Shown piece by piece: positions 18,968 through 23,219 of a stretch of 23,219 nucleotides of DNA (its first letter is position 1; every line of letters starts with the position of its first letter). The stretch is from Oligoflexia bacterium. GTDB lineage: Bacteria > Bdellovibrionota > Bdellovibrionia > JABDDW01. The notes beneath the pieces were generated by a model that ran no database searches, had not been told where the DNA came from, and saw only the letters and a program-made list of their open reading frames with translations. The DNA is taken from positions 1 through 23,219 of the forward strand of contig JAYTHU010000215.1 of the NCBI GenBank assembly GCA_043732305.1, in the 5' to 3' direction. Both the position numbers and the translations under genes were made by a program.

Positions 18968-19005
18968 AGTATACAATTGACTTCAATTTCTCTCAACGTC
19001 ACACT
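18968..19005. promoter_or_regulatory. Overlapping divergent sigma70 promoters with central palindrome
   Basis: Minus: TTGAGA-N17-TATACT-N6-ATG(18961). Plus: TTGACT(18977)-N17-CACACT. Palindrome AATTGA-CT-TCAATT at 18975-18988. Confidence 0.65.
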
Positions 19006-19024
19006 TTAGAACTGGAGGAACATC

Positions 19025-19810
19025 ATGTTCAGAAACAAAATCGCAGCAGCCCTTCTTCTCATTTTTGCCACTTCTTTGGTCCAGGCCAACGTCTTAAACG
19101 AAGGTTGGTATGAAATTTATCAAGGATCAAAGAAAATTGGATTCTTGGTCGAGCGATATGAGTTCACTTCTAATAAATTTAAAGCTGTGACCTACATGAA
19201 AATCGTGAGCGGCGGCGTCACATCGACGGAAAGTCTCAAGGCTTTTGCCGGAAACGATTTGAAACCATTGAATTATGCTTACACTTTGAAAGATGGGGAC
19301 ACTATCAAGGTGATAGATGCGACTTTCACCGATATGAAAATGAATTTGAAAGTGAACGACGGTTCAAAAGAAATTAAAGAAACAAAGCTTATTAAAAAAG
19401 GAACTTTTCTTTCTACCTTCCTGATTTACATGATCCTGAGTCAAAAAGATGGTCTGTCGAAAGGTAAAGATTATAGCTACAACGCAATCGCAGAAGAAGA
19501 TGGCAAAGCCTACACTGGCAATGCAAAAGTAACATCACTCGAAAAGGTTCAAGGCAAAGACGCATACAAGATTTTGAACAAATTCAAAGACTCAAGTTTC
19601 TTTAGCTGGCTCACACCAAAAGGCGAATTTCTCCTGACTCGTGATCCCGACAAAAACATAGAAGCTCGCGTGAGTGACGGAATGAAAATAGCCGTCGGTG
19701 ATATGGGCGTGAATCTTGCCGACCTCAAACTTTTGTTTGGCACTCTTCCTGGCGATGTGACGCCTAGCCCAACGGCTAGCCCTGCTTTGCCACCCAAGTC
19801 TTCACCTTGA
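19025..19810 (+). CDS. Secreted beta-rich hypothetical protein with Pro-rich tail
   Basis: GGAGG SD at 19014-19018, signal peptide ending VQA, 261 aa. Confidence 0.85.
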   Translation: MFRNKIAAALLLIFATSLVQANVLNEGWYEIYQGSKKIGFLVERYEFTSNKFKAVTYMKIVSGGVTSTESLKAFAGNDLKPLNYAYTLKDGDTIKVIDATFTDMKMNLKVNDGSKEIKETKLIKKGTFLSTFLIYMILSQKDGLSKGKDYSYNAIAEEDGKAYTGNAKVTSLEKVQGKDAYKILNKFKDSSFFSWLTPKGEFLLTRDPDKNIEARVSDGMKIAVGDMGVNLADLKLLFGTLPGDVTPSPTASPALPPKSSP

Positions 19811-19842
19811 CGACTCGACCTGAAAAATGATCTCATTGAGTG
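19807..19842 (+). promoter_or_regulatory. Promoter-like motif shared with galU
   Basis: TTGACG-N15-TGATCT-N9-ATG(19843). Confidence 0.5.
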
Positions 19843-20958
19843 ATGAACAACACTGAATTAAGACAAAAAATCGGACAGTCATTCATGATCGGATTCTCGG
19901 GGCATGAGGCCTCCGCCGATTTGAAAAGTTTTATTTCGGATAATACTATTGGCGGAGTGATTATATTCACTCGCAATGTGGCAAATCCCATCCAGTTGGC
20001 GGAACTCACAAACACACTACAAAATGTCGCGATGAAAAATGCTCCACCACTTTTTATGTCAATCGATATGGAAGGTGGACGAGTCGCGAGACTCAAAGCT
20101 CCTTTTACTCAATGGCCCCCAATGAAAATTTTAGGAGAGATTGATTCTCCATCACTAGGTTTTAAATTTGCTGAAACCTTGGGTGCAGAACTTTTATCTG
20201 TTGGCATCAATATGAACTACGCTCCTTGCGTGGATATACTCACCAATCCGGAAAATGTGGTGATTGGTGACAGAGCTTTCGGAGATAACGCCGATATTGT
20301 TTCCAAACTTTCTTCTTCCGTGGTTCGTGGTTTTGTCAAAGCAGGAATTATTCCCTGCGTGAAGCACTTCCCTGGTCATGGTGACACTTTAATAGACAGT
20401 CACGAAGCTCTGCCGGTTGTAAAACATGATTTGAAAAGATTAGACGAAGTGGAATTTGTTCCGTTTAAAAAAGCTTTTCGGGCGCGAGCGGAATTTTGCA
20501 TGACCGCACATTTGGTTTTGGAAGCAGTCGACCCGGAATTTCCTGCGACCCTTTCCACCAAAGTTCTTCAGGGAATTTTGAGAGATCATCTGGGTTACCG
20601 GTACACAATCATCAGTGATGATTTAGAAATGAAAGCCATCACTGCAAATTACAGTGTGGAACGAGCCGCCGTTTTAGCCATCAAAGCGGGTTGCAACATG
20701 TTGATGTATTGTCATGAGCTTGATATTCAAAAACAAGCGCTGGAAGCGATTGTCAAAGCCGTTATGGATAAAGAAATTCCAGAAGCTGTGATTGAAGATA
20801 ATTATCAGCGAGCGCTTTCCATCAAGAAAAAGAATTTTCCGGAGCCTTACAAGTTAGTGGATGTGAGCCAGGTTTCAAAAATCGTGGGACATACGGATCA
20901 TCTTTCGCTTTCTAAAATGATAGCCCAAAAGATAATTCCCACTGGCCTCGCGACTTAA
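19843..20958 (+). CDS. nagZ: Beta-N-acetylhexosaminidase (GH3)
   Basis: DMEGGRVARL, KHFPGHGD...DSH catalytic loop, SDDLEM nucleophile; no signal peptide. Confidence 0.93.
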   Translation: MNNTELRQKIGQSFMIGFSGHEASADLKSFISDNTIGGVIIFTRNVANPIQLAELTNTLQNVAMKNAPPLFMSIDMEGGRVARLKAPFTQWPPMKILGEIDSPSLGFKFAETLGAELLSVGINMNYAPCVDILTNPENVVIGDRAFGDNADIVSKLSSSVVRGFVKAGIIPCVKHFPGHGDTLIDSHEALPVVKHDLKRLDEVEFVPFKKAFRARAEFCMTAHLVLEAVDPEFPATLSTKVLQGILRDHLGYRYTIISDDLEMKAITANYSVERAAVLAIKAGCNMLMYCHELDIQKQALEAIVKAVMDKEIPEAVIEDNYQRALSIKKKNFPEPYKLVDVSQVSKIVGHTDHLSLSKMIAQKIIPTGLAT

Positions 20959-20982
20959 AATCGGCTATTGATTTCCCCACAT

Positions 20983-22818
20983 ATGAAGTTGTTTTTAATA
21001 CTGCTGCTGGCGCTGTTTATTTTTCCTACGTTGGTGCTTGCACAAAATTCTCCGTCAACAGCTGAAGTTTTAGCTCCAACAGACATTCAAGCGTCTCGTT
21101 TAGACGAGATCGGTCGATTCAAAGTTTCTCGCCCTATAGATGAAGATAAAATCGATCAAGCTCGGCAATATTTTAATTTTTCAGATCAGCTAAACACTTT
21201 GCCCGGAGTGCAGATGCGGACGAGTGGCAGTCCCATCATAAGTTTGCGCGGCTCACAAAGTTCTGGGCGAGTTTTGGTTTTGCAAGAGGACATTCCACTG
21301 AATTTTTCTGACGGAGTTGGATTCAATCCCTTGTTTTTGACTCCAGAGCTTTCGGATAGCGTGAGCATTTTAAAAGGGCCGGCTTCTTCAAGCTTTGGTC
21401 ATGATGCGATGGACGGTGCGATTGCTTTTAAAACCAAAAGACTTCATGGACTAGAGTCTTTTGTTTCTGATGGATCGTTTGGAGAGACGGAAGCTTTTGC
21501 TGGTTATGGTTATAAATCAGCTAAATTCTATTCACAGATTTCCGCTTATCAAGAACATGCCGATGGAAACTATCCTTATTCAGTTCCCAGAACGCCACCG
21601 GGAACATTCGCCACTCGCGTGTCAAATGACCAAGAAATATTACGATCGACACTTTTGTTTGGGGGAACGACCGGTGAGGGAGAAACGAAGCTCACGTGGA
21701 AGACTTATCATCTCCTCGCTCGGCAGCTTGGTTCTATTCCAGGAGAAATTGATTTTCTATTTCCGCAGTCATTCAACAATCTGGGTCACTTGCACTCGTT
21801 AGATTTAGCTTTGAGTTTTCCTAACAATTGGATTGTGTCTTCATTATCGACGTTGGCTCTTCTTGGGCAGAACTACGCAGGATCGACAAGTCAGACGGAA
21901 AGTTTGCGAGAAACTTTGCGTGTTCAAAAAGATTTTAAATACTTTCTTCTGGAAGTATTTGATGAGATTTCAATCGATCAATTTGTCGCAAGTTATCTAC
22001 AGGGCGGAGCTCAATATTTGACTTTGAATGAAGTCGGCGCAAATATACAAATTCCTTTAGAAGAAAAATTAATTGGAACCGCTTCCGTGAGATCTGACAT
22101 CAGCACGGGCGACGTGCTCCCAAGTTTTGGAATCACTGCCGAGAACGAAGATCACTGGAAATATTTTGTCCATTACTCGCTTGGATACCACCCGCCAAGT
22201 CTCACGCAAAAGTACACTCAGTTTACCGGGTTTATTGGTAATCCTGGTTTGCATTCGGAACACTCGCAAGAGGTGGATCTAGGGTTTGAGAAATCACTGA
22301 GTGGTGTGGATTTCAAATTTGAAGTTTTTCAAAGAGCCATGACTGATCTTATTGAAAATCACACGGTTGCCGCATTCACTTTAAGCCCGCAAAATACCGG
22401 TTCTGCGCAATCTTTTGGATTTGAAGGACAAGCTAAAACTCGGACGGAAATTTTAACGGAGAGTTTAGATATTGGTGCAAACATAAGTTATTTAAACAGT
22501 CAAAATACGACACTGAATCGGCCATTGCTATTTTCTCCACAAACACAGATTTCCGCTTTTCTAGAAAAGCAGCTTTCGCATTGGAACATAAAAATTCAAG
22601 ACACCACATGGAGCAGTTATTTCGATTTAAATTCGTCTAACAACTTGGTGAGTCTTGGTCCTTGGACAACCGTTGATGTTTTTATGAGTTACAGTTTGAG
22701 TTCTTGTTTGCGATTGCAACTAGCTGTTTTGAATATATTTGATCAGGCGCGCGAGCTTTCTTTAAATTATCCAGAGCCCCAAAGATCTTACAAGTTGATG
22801 ATTGCGGGCCAGTTTTAA
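20983..22818 (+). CDS. TonB-dependent receptor, BtuB-like size (611 aa)
   Basis: Signal peptide, TonB-box-like TDIQASR, plug (LPGV..ISLRG..ILKGPASSSFG..A.DG.I), GNPGL.SE, NIFD, C-terminal Phe. Confidence 0.9.
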   Translation: MKLFLILLLALFIFPTLVLAQNSPSTAEVLAPTDIQASRLDEIGRFKVSRPIDEDKIDQARQYFNFSDQLNTLPGVQMRTSGSPIISLRGSQSSGRVLVLQEDIPLNFSDGVGFNPLFLTPELSDSVSILKGPASSSFGHDAMDGAIAFKTKRLHGLESFVSDGSFGETEAFAGYGYKSAKFYSQISAYQEHADGNYPYSVPRTPPGTFATRVSNDQEILRSTLLFGGTTGEGETKLTWKTYHLLARQLGSIPGEIDFLFPQSFNNLGHLHSLDLALSFPNNWIVSSLSTLALLGQNYAGSTSQTESLRETLRVQKDFKYFLLEVFDEISIDQFVASYLQGGAQYLTLNEVGANIQIPLEEKLIGTASVRSDISTGDVLPSFGITAENEDHWKYFVHYSLGYHPPSLTQKYTQFTGFIGNPGLHSEHSQEVDLGFEKSLSGVDFKFEVFQRAMTDLIENHTVAAFTLSPQNTGSAQSFGFEGQAKTRTEILTESLDIGANISYLNSQNTTLNRPLLFSPQTQISAFLEKQLSHWNIKIQDTTWSSYFDLNSSNNLVSLGPWTTVDVFMSYSLSSCLRLQLAVLNIFDQARELSLNYPEPQRSYKLMIAGQF

Positions 22819-22927
22819 CTGCCTAATATTTAGGCACTCCTTAAAAACTCAGACAAAAGTCCAGGCCAAAAGCTCTATTTCTCCTCTCAAAACCTCTAAA
22901 ATTTTATAATTTTTGTCCGGACTTAGC

Positions 22928-22955
22928 TCAAGGTCTTAGGACCAAGGGCCGAATA
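22928..22955 (+). promoter_or_regulatory. FliA (sigma28)-type promoter
   Basis: TCAAG-N15-GCCGAATA, resembling the TAAA-N15-GCCGATAA consensus, 35 nt before the ATG. Confidence 0.6.
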
Positions 22956-22990
22956 GTTATCTGTAGGACTTAAGACCTTCGGAGGTATTC

Positions 22991-23219
22991 ATGTCTCGAT
23001 TTGGAATTTCTCATAGATCACTTTTGATTTCATTGGGCATGGCTTTGATTTATAGCCATTCGGAAATTGCACTGGGCGAAGAATGCACTCTTTATGATAA
23101 TTATGGTAACTGCACATTAAGCTCTGGAACATCAAGCGTTCAGGTTGACCCAAGTTTGGTACCAACTGACTCGGCGCCCCCCGAAGTCGCAGAAGCTCTC
23201 AATCAAACTTCTGCAGAAA
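22991..23219 (+). CDS. Secreted hypothetical protein, 5' part, runs off window
   Basis: SD GGAGGT at 22981-22986; open frame MSRFGISHRSLLISLGMALIYSHSEIALGEECTLYDNYGNCTLSSG... with signal-like N-terminus. Not in ORF track. Confidence 0.8.
   Translation, partial: MSRFGISHRSLLISLGMALIYSHSEIALGEECTLYDNYGNCTLSSGTSSVQVDPSLVPTDSAPPEVAEALNQTSAE

Noticed and set aside
20956..20982. Leaderless TTG start (TAAAAT-N6-TTG) for the receptor
   Set aside because: The -10 is largely the nagZ stop codon, there is no -35, and leaderless TTG starts are rare; ATG 20983 gives a better signal peptide
22820..22836. Hairpin TGCCTAA-TAT-TTAGGCA after the receptor as an intrinsic terminator
   Set aside because: Weak stem, 3-nt loop, no following U-tract

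Overview
Core-genome window with no mobile element, CRISPR array or tRNA/rRNA seen. Gene content suggests a Bdellovibrionota-like Gram-negative bacterium (inference, no database search run). The minus strand carries the rpsB-tsf-pyrH-frr-uppS-cdsA-rseP cluster without dxr, an FAD-dependent oxidoreductase, a TPR-like/CFI-box protein, a coupled galU-(secreted protein)-priA unit, an M23 peptidase, a BtuFCD/FecBCDE-type ABC transporter with tonB, and an orphan TadG-like protein. The plus strand carries a FadL/PorV-like beta-barrel, a 42-aa very basic protein, a secreted protein, nagZ, a BtuB-like TonB-dependent receptor, and a partial secreted protein behind a FliA-like promoter. The most interesting signals are regulatory: (1) up to six genes lack an SD and have promoter elements placing +1 at or next to the ATG, i.e. 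leaderless mRNAs; (2) galU and nagZ share a 21/27-identical upstream motif starting exactly 36 nt before the ATG; (3) two divergent genes have interlocked RBSs and an embedded promoter; (4) the 42-aa protein resembles a ribosomal protein; (5) structured RNA lies upstream of rpsB.
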